Source: a virus. Taken from it: a DNA stretch of 64,000 nucleotides. The stretch covers positions 58,670 to 122,669 of the IMG/VR virus record IMGVR_UViG_3300020455_000006, one strand, 5' to 3'. Under the pieces are notes generated by a model that did not search any database, had not been told where the DNA came from, and saw only the letters and a list, made by a program, of their open reading frames with translations. The position numbers and the translations under genes were made by a program. Below are positions 37,570 through 46,136 of this stretch, one piece after another; the stretch's first letter is position 1, and each line of letters starts with the position of its first letter.

Positions 37570-37687
37570 CAGTAGTGCTTACAATAGATATCTCAATGAA
37601 AGAGAAGTAAGAAACACTCAACAAGATGAGATTGATTCTCTTCGTCTTCAGATTGAAGAGTTGAAAAATATGATACGTAATAAATAA
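37481..37687 (+). CDS. Small coiled-coil hypothetical protein
   Basis: KVEDHPNLKRD..TKAIIN motif with a C-terminal heptad pattern. Confidence 0.75.
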   Translation: MRHSQSKRIKVEDHPNLKRDAKTKAIINTDSSAYNRYLNEREVRNTQQDEIDSLRLQIEELKNMIRNK

Positions 37688-37708
37688 CTCTGATACAAGT
37701 AGGTACAT

Positions 37709-38047
37709 ATGGCAGTTCCTGTCGTTAATATTGAAATTGAGCAGGGAACTGACTTTGAAACTCAGTTCGATATAACCCAAACTGATGGGTCAGCGTTGAA
37801 TCTGACTAATAGATCACTGTCTGCAAAAATGCGTAAGCACCATACGTCTTCAGGTAGTATTGGTTTTGGAATTACATTCGGAACAACACCAGAAGACGGA
37901 GAAATTACTATTTCTTTGACAGATACACAAAGTGGTATTGTAACTGCTGGTAGATATAACTATGATATTATCATCACTAATGATGTCACTGGTAAAAAAG
38001 AAAAAGTTATTAGTGGTCAGGCTTTAGTAAACCCAACCATAAGCTAA
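37709..38047 (+). CDS. Virion-associated Ig-like adaptor protein
   Basis: IEQGTDF, GEITISLTDTQ, AGRYNYDI; late promoter upstream. Confidence 0.7.
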   Translation: MAVPVVNIEIEQGTDFETQFDITQTDGSALNLTNRSLSAKMRKHHTSSGSIGFGITFGTTPEDGEITISLTDTQSGIVTAGRYNYDIIITNDVTGKKEKVISGQALVNPTIS

Positions 38048-38397
38048 TGGGATACAAAGTTTCACTGGCAAGTTCATCATCTCTCAACGTAAAGTTGGGA
38101 ACTGGATCGTCTTTGAAAGTACAACAAGGAGGAGGAGGCACAGGAGCTGTGGCACAGAATTTATCAGAACTAAACGACGTAGATCAACAAGGAATCGGTA
38201 ATAGATTCGTGCTTGTTTATGATGCAGTTACATCTGCATTTAAATTCGTAAACCCTGATGAGGTGGTGAATGCTGCTGCTGGTGGTGCTTCTGTTCAAGG
38301 TGGTTCACCTGGTCCTGAAGGTTTCTCGTCCGAAACTATAGATGAATTAGACGTTGCTCTAGACAATAAAATTGACCTAGATGCAGGGGATTTTTGA
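38047..38397 (+). CDS. Hypothetical structural protein
   Basis: LSELNDVD..VLVYD motif; C-terminal LDAGDF. Confidence 0.65.
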   Translation: MGYKVSLASSSSLNVKLGTGSSLKVQQGGGGTGAVAQNLSELNDVDQQGIGNRFVLVYDAVTSAFKFVNPDEVVNAAAGGASVQGGSPGPEGFSSETIDELDVALDNKIDLDAGDF

Positions 38398-38476
38398 TAA
38401 ATATATTTTGACTGTGAAGCAGTCATAATACCTATGATTATGTGAAAATAAACTAAAAGAATTTTAAACAGCTAAT

Positions 38477-41400
38477 ATGGCTTCTCCAATCCTGAAGTTT
38501 AAGAGGGGTAATTTTTCTAACTTACCTGGTTTACAAGCTGGTGAACCTGCTCTTACAGTCGATAAGTTTGATCTATACGTTGGTATAGACTCAACAACAT
38601 CAAATAATAAGTTTATAGGTTCACAGCGTTTTTGGACAGTAGAAACAGCAACAACAGGTTCTGGTGTAAACCTTGTTGAAGGTTCCAACAACGGTAGTAA
38701 CTACATTACTCTAAAGGCACCTGCAAATATAGCTGGTAATCAATCATATGAATTCCCTTCTGCTGCAGTAAACGGTGGATTTTTAAGAAGTAATGCAAGT
38801 GGAACATTAACTTGGGATACAGGATCTGGATTCAACGCTGGTTCATTACCACTTAGTGCATTAGATATAGATGGTGGCACAGATATAGGAGCAGATATTG
38901 TAGATGCTGACTTGTTCATCGTTGACGATGGTGCAGGTGGCACAAATAGAAAAACTACTGCTTCAAGGATGAAGTCATACTTCCTTGGTGGTGGTGCAGG
39001 TGCAAACTTTACAGCGATCAATGTAAGTGGTATAACAACTGCAGGGCAACTCGACGCAACAACCCTAAAAGTTTCTGGTATATCTACATTTACAGGAGTT
39101 ATAAACGGTAACCTTACAGGTAACGTAACAGGTAATACAAACGGTACACACACTGGATCTCTATCAGGAGCAACAGCAGGTACACTTCCAGCATTAGCAA
39201 TTGACCTTGATGGTGCAACTGATATTGGAGGTGCAATCGCAGACGCTGACTTGTTCCTAGTTGATGACGGTGCAGGTGGTGCTAACAAAAAGACTGCTGC
39301 TTCAAGAATCAAATCATATGTTTTAGGTGGTGGTGCAGGTGCTAATTTCGCATCTATCAAAGTATCGGGTATCACAACAGCAGGTCAACTAGATGCTACA
39401 ACACTCAAAGTTTCTGGTATTTCAACATTCACTGGAACTGTTGATATCAACGGAGCGATTGATGCTGATGGTGGTGCTAACATAGCAGGTGGTGAGACAG
39501 TTCTTTCTTCTGCTACAGTTTCAGATCTCACTGACAACAGAGTTGTTATTGCAGGTTCATCTGGTGCACTTGAGGATTCAGGAAATCTAACATTTGATGG
39601 TACTACACTAGCGGTTACAGGTGCTGCTACAGTAGACAATCTTTCATTGAATGGAAATACTGTAACAACAACTTCAGGCAACCTCACACTTGATTCTGCA
39701 GGTGGTACGACAACGATTGCTGATGATACCATAATTTCTGGTAACTTGACAGTCAATGGTACCCAGACAGTTGTAAATTCCACTACAATGTCAGTGGATG
39801 ACAAGAACTTAGAATTAGGTACAGGTGCTGCTGATGACGCTGCTGCAAATGGTGGTGGTATCACAATAGTATCGGGAGATGGTAATAAGACATTCCAATT
39901 TGAAGCAACAGGTGATAACTTAGGATCTTCTGAGAACCTAAACATTGCATCTGGTAAAGCATATAAGATCAATAATACATCAGTTCTAAATGCAACGACT
40001 CTTGGATCTGCTGTTGTAAACAGTTCTCTTACATCTGTTGGAACTCTAACTGCACTTACAGTTTCGGGTGCGACAAACATTGACGCTACTACACAATCAA
40101 CCAGTAATACTACTGGTGCTTTGATTGTTGATGGTGGTGTTGGTGTTGCCAAGAACGTACACGTTGGTGGTACATTAGATGTTGACGGACAACTTACAAG
40201 TGCTGCACCTCTAAGAAACTCAACTGGTGCTGGACTTATAGCTGGTGTTGGTGCTATCAAGAACACTGGTTCTGCAGGTCTTGTTACTGCATTCAAGTTC
40301 ACTGGTAATGGTATTGACACTTACACAGTTGCAGATGGTATTGCACACGTTGCCACAACTGGTGTTGCTGCAACTACATTTACCACATCTCAAACAACAA
40401 CTGCGACTCAAGGTCAGACTGCATTTACAGTTACTGCTGGATATTCAAACGGATTTGTAGATGTATACCAAAACGGTGTTCGTCTAATTACAGGCACTGA
40501 CTACACTCAAACAAACTCAAACACAATTACTCTTGCTGCAGGAGCAACAGTAGGTGATGAGATTGAGACAGTTGCATGGAAGTCATTAGGTGATATTGTA
40601 AACATCAACTCAGTCAACGTTGTTGAAAACCTCAAGGTAACTGGTATAACCACATCAGGTGGAGTCACATTATCCAGTGGTGCATTTACTGGATCTGGTA
40701 GTGGACTCACATCTGGAACAGTTCCAATTTCATCTCTTGATATTGATGGAGGAACTGCTACCACAACACTTGCCGATGCTGACCTATTCATCGTTGATGA
40801 TGGTGCAGGTGGTACAAACAGAAAAGTTACATTCGAGAAACTATCTGATTCTATCTTAGGTGGATCTGGTGGTGCTACATTCGCTGCTGTAAATGTTACA
40901 GGTATCACAACAGTTGGTGGTGTATTCGATGCTAATGGTGGAGCAAACATCTCTGGTGGAGAAACAGTTCTATCATCCGCTACAGTATCTGATCTTACAG
41001 ATAACAGAGTCGTAATTGCTGGTTCATCTGGTGCCTTAGAAGATTCAGGAAATCTAACATTCAATGGATCTACTCTTGCTGTTACTGGTAACGTAACTGC
41101 AAATAACGGTGCAACAATTACTGGAGCAGAGACAACACTCTCCTCTGCTACAGTTAGTGACCTAACAGACAACAGAGTTGTTATTGCAGGTACATCTGGT
41201 GCTCTAGAAGATAGCAATAACCTACAATTTGACGGATCTACATTAGCAGTTACAGGTAATATTACTGCTTCTGCAAACGTCACAGTTAGTGGTAACCTAA
41301 CAGTCAACGGTACAACTTCACAGATCAATACCACAAACACAACCATTGAAGACACCATGTTGGAACTTCAAAAGGTTGATGGAGGTAATCTAAGTTCTGA

Positions 41401-41665
41401 TACTAACAAAGACGTTGGTATTGTAATGAACTACTACAGTGGATCTGCTAAAAAAGCAGCGTTCTACTGGGATGATAGTACTGCAAGGTTTGTTGTTTCT
41501 GCAGTTGCCACAGAAAGTTCAGGTGTTATGACAAACTCCACATCAGGTGGATTTGAGATTGGATCATTATACCTAAACGATTGTGCAGGTACATCACAAG
41601 TCATAAGTTGTTCAGGAACAACTCGTTCTTTAGAAAATATAAATGTAGATGGGGGCACGTTCTGA
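38477..41665 (+). CDS. Tail fibre protein 1
   Basis: N-terminal KRG..LPGLQAGEP; Gly/Thr-rich internal repeats; GNLTVNGT motifs; C-terminal VDGGTF. Confidence 0.85.
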   Translation: MASPILKFKRGNFSNLPGLQAGEPALTVDKFDLYVGIDSTTSNNKFIGSQRFWTVETATTGSGVNLVEGSNNGSNYITLKAPANIAGNQSYEFPSAAVNGGFLRSNASGTLTWDTGSGFNAGSLPLSALDIDGGTDIGADIVDADLFIVDDGAGGTNRKTTASRMKSYFLGGGAGANFTAINVSGITTAGQLDATTLKVSGISTFTGVINGNLTGNVTGNTNGTHTGSLSGATAGTLPALAIDLDGATDIGGAIADADLFLVDDGAGGANKKTAASRIKSYVLGGGAGANFASIKVSGITTAGQLDATTLKVSGISTFTGTVDINGAIDADGGANIAGGETVLSSATVSDLTDNRVVIAGSSGALEDSGNLTFDGTTLAVTGAATVDNLSLNGNTVTTTSGNLTLDSAGGTTTIADDTIISGNLTVNGTQTVVNSTTMSVDDKNLELGTGAADDAAANGGGITIVSGDGNKTFQFEATGDNLGSSENLNIASGKAYKINNTSVLNATTLGSAVVNSSLTSVGTLTALTVSGATNIDATTQSTSNTTGALIVDGGVGVAKNVHVGGTLDVDGQLTSAAPLRNSTGAGLIAGVGAIKNTGSAGLVTAFKFTGNGIDTYTVADGIAHVATTGVAATTFTTSQTTTATQGQTAFTVTAGYSNGFVDVYQNGVRLITGTDYTQTNSNTITLAAGATVGDEIETVAWKSLGDIVNINSVNVVENLKVTGITTSGGVTLSSGAFTGSGSGLTSGTVPISSLDIDGGTATTTLADADLFIVDDGAGGTNRKVTFEKLSDSILGGSGGATFAAVNVTGITTVGGVFDANGGANISGGETVLSSATVSDLTDNRVVIAGSSGALEDSGNLTFNGSTLAVTGNVTANNGATITGAETTLSSATVSDLTDNRVVIAGTSGALEDSNNLQFDGSTLAVTGNITASANVTVSGNLTVNGTTSQINTTNTTIEDTMLELQKVDGGNLSSDTNKDVGIVMNYYSGSAKKAAFYWDDSTARFVVSAVATESSGVMTNSTSGGFEIGSLYLNDCAGTSQVISCSGTTRSLENINVDGGTF

Positions 41666-41694
41666 TAGCTAAATAACCCAGTTATAAAATTATT

Positions 41695-41880
41695 ATGAAC
41701 GAAGAGGTTAATGCTCTTCTGAGGGTTTATCAGAGCAAAGTAAGTCAACTGACTGCAATGAATATTTCTCTTGAAGCAAAACTTCAAGTGTTGAACGCTC
41801 AAATAGAAGCACTCTCCTCCCCTCAAGAGGAATTCAAAGATGCTTCAATACCAAAACCAAAATCAACTGCTAAGAAGTGA
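41695..41880 (+). CDS. Small coiled-coil hypothetical protein
   Basis: 61 aa, NISLEAK heptads, late promoter at 41669. Confidence 0.7.
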   Translation: MNEEVNALLRVYQSKVSQLTAMNISLEAKLQVLNAQIEALSSPQEEFKDASIPKPKSTAKK

Positions 41881-42626
41881 TTTCTGACGAGCAGTTGATT
41901 TTTTATGTCGCAATACCTGGTAGTGGGTGGGCAAAACTGTCTCTGCTACTAGGTTGTTGTGCTAAACTAAATCTCAATAAATCTGACAGAAGAGGAGATA
42001 GGGAGGAGACAGGTAAGCAAGGAGACACAGGATGTGTGCATCATAAGGGAGCATTTTGGGATCCTGGTATGGAGTTTGGTGACGGTTTTGATGATCTAGA
42101 AAAAAATCATACTAAGGAATCTTTCAAGGCTGAGTGTCTGAGACCATTCACTGAAATCAATGATCAGAACTATCTTATTAGATCACATTTCTTTGCAGAG
42201 ACTAAGAACCTGAATTGGTTGAAAAAGAATTTTCCCAACAATAAAATAATCTTGGTACTAAGAGACACTAAGTTATGTTGGGAGGGATGGAATACTGCCA
42301 TGAATTTTACTGGCCGATATCCATCATACAAAGCTTGGATGAAATATACATTCATTAGAGATCATCCTGAAAATTATGATAAGATGTGGTCACTTATGCA
42401 GAGACATGATAAGATGATCAGAGAGTGGGTTAGAGATAATGATTGCTTGATCATTCAGCCAAACAAGACCTTCTTAGATCTATTGGACTATAGATGGGAT
42501 GATGAAGGAAAGGAGGAATATGATAAATTGATTATGGTACATCAATTTTTTAAATCAGAGGTACCAATGTTTGACGCACCATTTGTTTTTCATAATTGTA
42601 ATGACATCTTCACAATTCAATCCTGA
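41877..42626 (+). CDS. P-loop/sulfotransferase-like protein
   Basis: AIPGSGWA, HKGAF.DPGMEFG, RSH, VLRD. Confidence 0.6.
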   Translation: MISDEQLIFYVAIPGSGWAKLSLLLGCCAKLNLNKSDRRGDREETGKQGDTGCVHHKGAFWDPGMEFGDGFDDLEKNHTKESFKAECLRPFTEINDQNYLIRSHFFAETKNLNWLKKNFPNNKIILVLRDTKLCWEGWNTAMNFTGRYPSYKAWMKYTFIRDHPENYDKMWSLMQRHDKMIREWVRDNDCLIIQPNKTFLDLLDYRWDDEGKEEYDKLIMVHQFFKSEVPMFDAPFVFHNCNDIFTIQS

Positions 42627-43383
42627 ACAATTAGTTTTTTTCATTGGTATACCTGGTAGTGGGTGGGCAAAAATAGATTCTTTATTGAGGTGTTGTAGAA
42701 AATTCAATTTCAGTACATCAGATTTCAATGATGAGAGGTGGGAGAGAGTACAAACAAAGTATTATGTTGAACATAAAGGTCACTTTAGCGGACCTGGTTG
42801 TGAGTTTGGTGAGGGATTTCAAGACCTACCAAAATATCATACTAAAGAAAGTTTTATTGAAGAAGCATTGAAACCTTATGCAGAGGTAAACAATGAGCAG
42901 AGTTATATGGTTAAGTGTCACTTTTTCTGCGAAAAACAGAACTTAGAATGGTTAGATAGAACATTTCCTAATAATAAAATGATCTTTGTATTCAGAGATA
43001 AAGATCTATGTGATGATAGATGGTTAACATCTATGACATTTGCTAAGAATTATCCTAAGTATACAGCATGGCAGGTTGTGGATGATCCTGATGAGGAGAT
43101 TGGTAAACATGATCCACGTAATGTTGAGAGTTTCAAAGAATACAATAGGAAACATAATTTATCAATGAGACAATTTTTTAGAAAAGCAATAAAACCAAAT
43201 TTCATAACTTGTCCTACAAGACATTTTTTAGATAAGGTAGGGTTTGAATGGGATGCAAATGGGCAGAAGGAGTACCTTGCATATATTCGTAACTATTGCA
43301 TAGGACCTGCTCTTACATTGGCACCCAGTTGGGATACCTCAATTGGTTTCTACAATTGTCAAGACATTATAGACTTCTCATAA
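42601..43383 (+). CDS. P-loop/sulfotransferase-like protein, paralog of 41877
   Basis: GIPGSGWA, HKGHF.GPGCEFG, KCH, VFRD; start set to the ATG at 42601. Confidence 0.6.
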   Translation: MTSSQFNPEQLVFFIGIPGSGWAKIDSLLRCCRKFNFSTSDFNDERWERVQTKYYVEHKGHFSGPGCEFGEGFQDLPKYHTKESFIEEALKPYAEVNNEQSYMVKCHFFCEKQNLEWLDRTFPNNKMIFVFRDKDLCDDRWLTSMTFAKNYPKYTAWQVVDDPDEEIGKHDPRNVESFKEYNRKHNLSMRQFFRKAIKPNFITCPTRHFLDKVGFEWDANGQKEYLAYIRNYCIGPALTLAPSWDTSIGFYNCQDIIDFS

Positions 43384-43892
43384 TGGAATCTTATTTTAGT
43401 GGAATCTGGAAAGACCAAAATTTTGAATCTCTTAAGTATTCTGGCTATCAGTTGGTCGATTATGTTAATGCTCAGACACCTTCTAGTGTCTTAGATGTAG
43501 GATGTGGTTACAATCGTTTCAAAGGTAAGATAAAAAATCTTATTGGTATCGATCCATACAATGATGCTGCAGATATAAAAGTATCACTAGAAGATTACAA
43601 AGGTCCTTCATCCGAAATTGCACTGTGTTTGGGATCAATAAACTTTGGTGATGAAAAGACTATAGATCATCAGATTGATGTCCTACACAGACTTTGGAGA
43701 AAGGAGGCGATATTTAGAGTCAATCCTGGTATACCACATGACTGGGCAGACTATGGTGATATTGTTTGGTATCCGTGGACAAAAGAAAAGATAAATAATA
43801 TTGCATCACGTTTTAATTACACTGTAAAGTGTATTGAAACTGAACATGTGAAACAGGGTCACAAACGACTCTTTTTTGTATATGCTAAATAA
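43383..43892 (+). CDS. Class I SAM-dependent methyltransferase-like protein
   Basis: VLDVGCG, GIDP, LGSINFG; start set to the ATG at 43383. Confidence 0.8.
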   Translation: MESYFSGIWKDQNFESLKYSGYQLVDYVNAQTPSSVLDVGCGYNRFKGKIKNLIGIDPYNDAADIKVSLEDYKGPSSEIALCLGSINFGDEKTIDHQIDVLHRLWRKEAIFRVNPGIPHDWADYGDIVWYPWTKEKINNIASRFNYTVKCIETEHVKQGHKRLFFVYAK

Positions 43893-43915
43893 CATCGTAG
43901 ATAGGAAATTTTAAA

Positions 43916-44590
43916 ATGCTTTCTGGAACAGATTTCGTCAAGAAGATCAAGGAAGGGAACAAAGAATTATTTGAAGCATCACGCTCAAACGTTCGTCGTT
44001 TCTTTGCATCTAAACCATCTGATGAGTATCTTGTCGAGCACTTCCGTGGACGTATGGTCAACGAAGCTCAGAACATGTATGCCATCGCTGGTCAAGTTGC
44101 ATCCGCAGATCCTTCTACAGACGTAAAAGACTTAGAATTACTAAGCAAGCAAGCTTTGGACGAAGCAAAGCACTTCCGTATGGTAAAGGAAGTAATCGAG
44201 CACATCACTGGTGAAGAACTAGATGTTGCTGCTGCATTCGCTGCTGAAGCAGAGAAGCCACAAGCAAAAGGTGCATCACTTCTTGAGAAGTATGAAGCAT
44301 CAGAAGACCCTGCTGCACTTGCTGCATACCAGTTGGTAGCAGAAGGAAGAGCAGAAGCTGTGTGGAATGAAATGGCAGACTGTGTAGAGGACAAGTTCAT
44401 CTCACATCGCTATGCAACAATAGCTAAAGACGAAGGATTCCACTCAAACTTAGGTGGACGTGCACTTTCAAGATTAGTTGAAGGTAGTGCAGAACTTCAG
44501 TCTCGTGTACTTTCACTCGTTGAAAGAATGAGAGAAGATCTACTAGAGATCAGCAATAAAAATACTGCTACTCCTCTAGCCGTTGTTTAA
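43916..44590 (+). CDS. Ferritin-like di-iron carboxylate protein
   Basis: E...DEAKH...E...DEGFH ligand pattern; own late promoter and AGGA RBS. Confidence 0.8.
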   Translation: MLSGTDFVKKIKEGNKELFEASRSNVRRFFASKPSDEYLVEHFRGRMVNEAQNMYAIAGQVASADPSTDVKDLELLSKQALDEAKHFRMVKEVIEHITGEELDVAAAFAAEAEKPQAKGASLLEKYEASEDPAALAAYQLVAEGRAEAVWNEMADCVEDKFISHRYATIAKDEGFHSNLGGRALSRLVEGSAELQSRVLSLVERMREDLLEISNKNTATPLAVV

Positions 44591-45191
44591 AGGTCTTACG
44601 ACCCTTACGGATCTCATCGTCTAACCAATGCTTCTTGCAAGGAAAGACATACTTATGGTTGGCATCGACGCTTATAAAGTTGTCGATGCCTTCTTTTATG
44701 ACTGGAAATTCTAGCATACGACCAAGATATTCAATATACTTTTCTTTGTATAAGAAGAATGCCTCATGATCTATAAAGTGACATGCGATGTCCTTGTAAT
44801 ATTCTGTAGCAATATCCATTGTACACTCTCCACCAACTCTTACCTGTTGTAGTTCGTTTATATTTCTATCTCTTACAATTACTGCAATGATAGGTTGCAC
44901 ACCCATAGAGATTGCTTTGTAGGCAACCTCTTTTATTTTGGGTGTTTGTCTGATACCATCATAGAAAAAAGGTACACTGACATTTGCACAAAAGAAGTTT
45001 CCCTCTGGAAATTTCAGTTCTTCTGGATATACCCAGTACCTAGCAAAGGGTTCTTCATCACTAGGAACCCAGTAATTATCATGTAGACTCTCCCAACCTA
45101 CCACGTTCGGGTGCATCGAAAAGAGTCGAGCGAATAGATGATTCCCCGATCCCTGAGGTCCTGTTACAATCAGTAGTTTTTTCATTGGCAT
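44568..45191 (-). CDS. P-loop/sulfotransferase-like protein
   Basis: TGPQGSGNHL, EPFA, VRD.NI..QQ.R. Confidence 0.6.
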   Translation of the reverse strand: MPMKKLLIVTGPQGSGNHLFARLFSMHPNVVGWESLHDNYWVPSDEEPFARYWVYPEELKFPEGNFFCANVSVPFFYDGIRQTPKIKEVAYKAISMGVQPIIAVIVRDRNINELQQVRVGGECTMDIATEYYKDIACHFIDHEAFFLYKEKYIEYLGRMLEFPVIKEGIDNFISVDANHKYVFPCKKHWLDDEIRKGRKTFKQRLEE

Positions 45192-45351
45192 TCCAGTGGC
45201 GGATTACTCCGCTAATAATAAAACAATTAGTGATGAGATAAGTAATAAAGATAATAGATCGTACAATGAGTACACTATTATCATACCGCTTCGTCTTCTC
45301 ATCAGCGAAGCTACCCAACGCATATTTCCATATCCTCCATAATTTTACCAT
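45079..45351 (-). CDS. Small membrane-associated hypothetical protein
   Basis: WRIWKYALGSF..D.KT..YD..hydrophobic stretch..TNCFIISGVIRHW; start set to the ATG at 45351. Confidence 0.65.
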   Translation of the reverse strand: MVKLWRIWKYALGSFADEKTKRYDNSVLIVRSIIFITYLITNCFIISGVIRHWNANEKTTDCNRTSGIGESSIRSTLFDAPERGRLGEST

Positions 45352-46049
45352 TAGCAGTGGCAGGGTTTGTCTCCACAGCAAGGTAAGTAATCACCATCCC
45401 CGTCAGAATTTCCATCATTGGGATTAGTTGGGAAAGGTATTCCAGTCTTATTACCATCATCTAGTAGATTGTATTCTACGTATTTGATATATTTTGCATT
45501 CGCATCTTGTTCTAATATTTCATTTACTCTCTTATCATACCATGCTATTGGTATTCCTATATCTAATGTTTTCAAATATTCTGATTTATACAAGTATAAT
45601 AATTCGTAACTTAGAAAAGTTGGATTGTTAAATTTGGGTAATTGGTCTAAGAAATGTCTGGTTGTAGATTCTTCTCTGATCCTATTTTGTTGATTCTTTA
45701 GTATGTTTTGATCCCTTCCTATGACTAAGACTTTGGTATCTATACCCAAGTCCTTTGCATTTGTGCAAAACTGCACCACGTTTGGACACCATTTTGTCCC
45801 TTTACTTTCTATGCCAAGCGGGATACTAATCGAAGTAAAATAATATTGACTCTGCGACCAGTCGAATTTATGCAGTGTTTCTGGATTTTTCCAATATTCT
45901 GCAAAGGGTTCGCTAAAACGATGTGCTTCCCAATAATTGTCAAGCAACGTTTTCCAACCGAAAACATCTTGGTGGAGTGATAAGATCTTTGACCATAGGT
46001 GGTTGCCCGACCCTTGAGGTCCCGTGAGCACGACAAGTGTTCTCTTCAT
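45351..46049 (-). CDS. P-loop/sulfotransferase-like protein, paralog of 44568
   Basis: TGPQGSGNHLW, GRDQNIL..QQ.R, FLSYE; Cys-rich C-terminus PCCGDKPCHC. Confidence 0.6.
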   Translation of the reverse strand: MKRTLVVLTGPQGSGNHLWSKILSLHQDVFGWKTLLDNYWEAHRFSEPFAEYWKNPETLHKFDWSQSQYYFTSISIPLGIESKGTKWCPNVVQFCTNAKDLGIDTKVLVIGRDQNILKNQQNRIREESTTRHFLDQLPKFNNPTFLSYELLYLYKSEYLKTLDIGIPIAWYDKRVNEILEQDANAKYIKYVEYNLLDDGNKTGIPFPTNPNDGNSDGDGDYLPCCGDKPCHC

Positions 46050-46136
46050 ACATAATATTCCCTACAGACTAATTATAACATAAATATCCTTGACTGTATA
46101 TACAGTCAGATTTTAGGTATATACCAAATGTAACTG

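Noticed and set aside
38740-41358. Long antisense ORFs (211, 311 and 283 aa) opposite fibre 1, and similar ones opposite other structural genes
   Set aside because: They are shadow frames of Gly/Thr/Ala-rich sense genes that lack antisense stop codons.
43916-44590. Ribonucleotide reductase beta subunit or a specific ferritin/Dps call
   Set aside because: It is too short for NrdB and lacks its characteristic motifs; only the general di-iron ligand pattern is supported.
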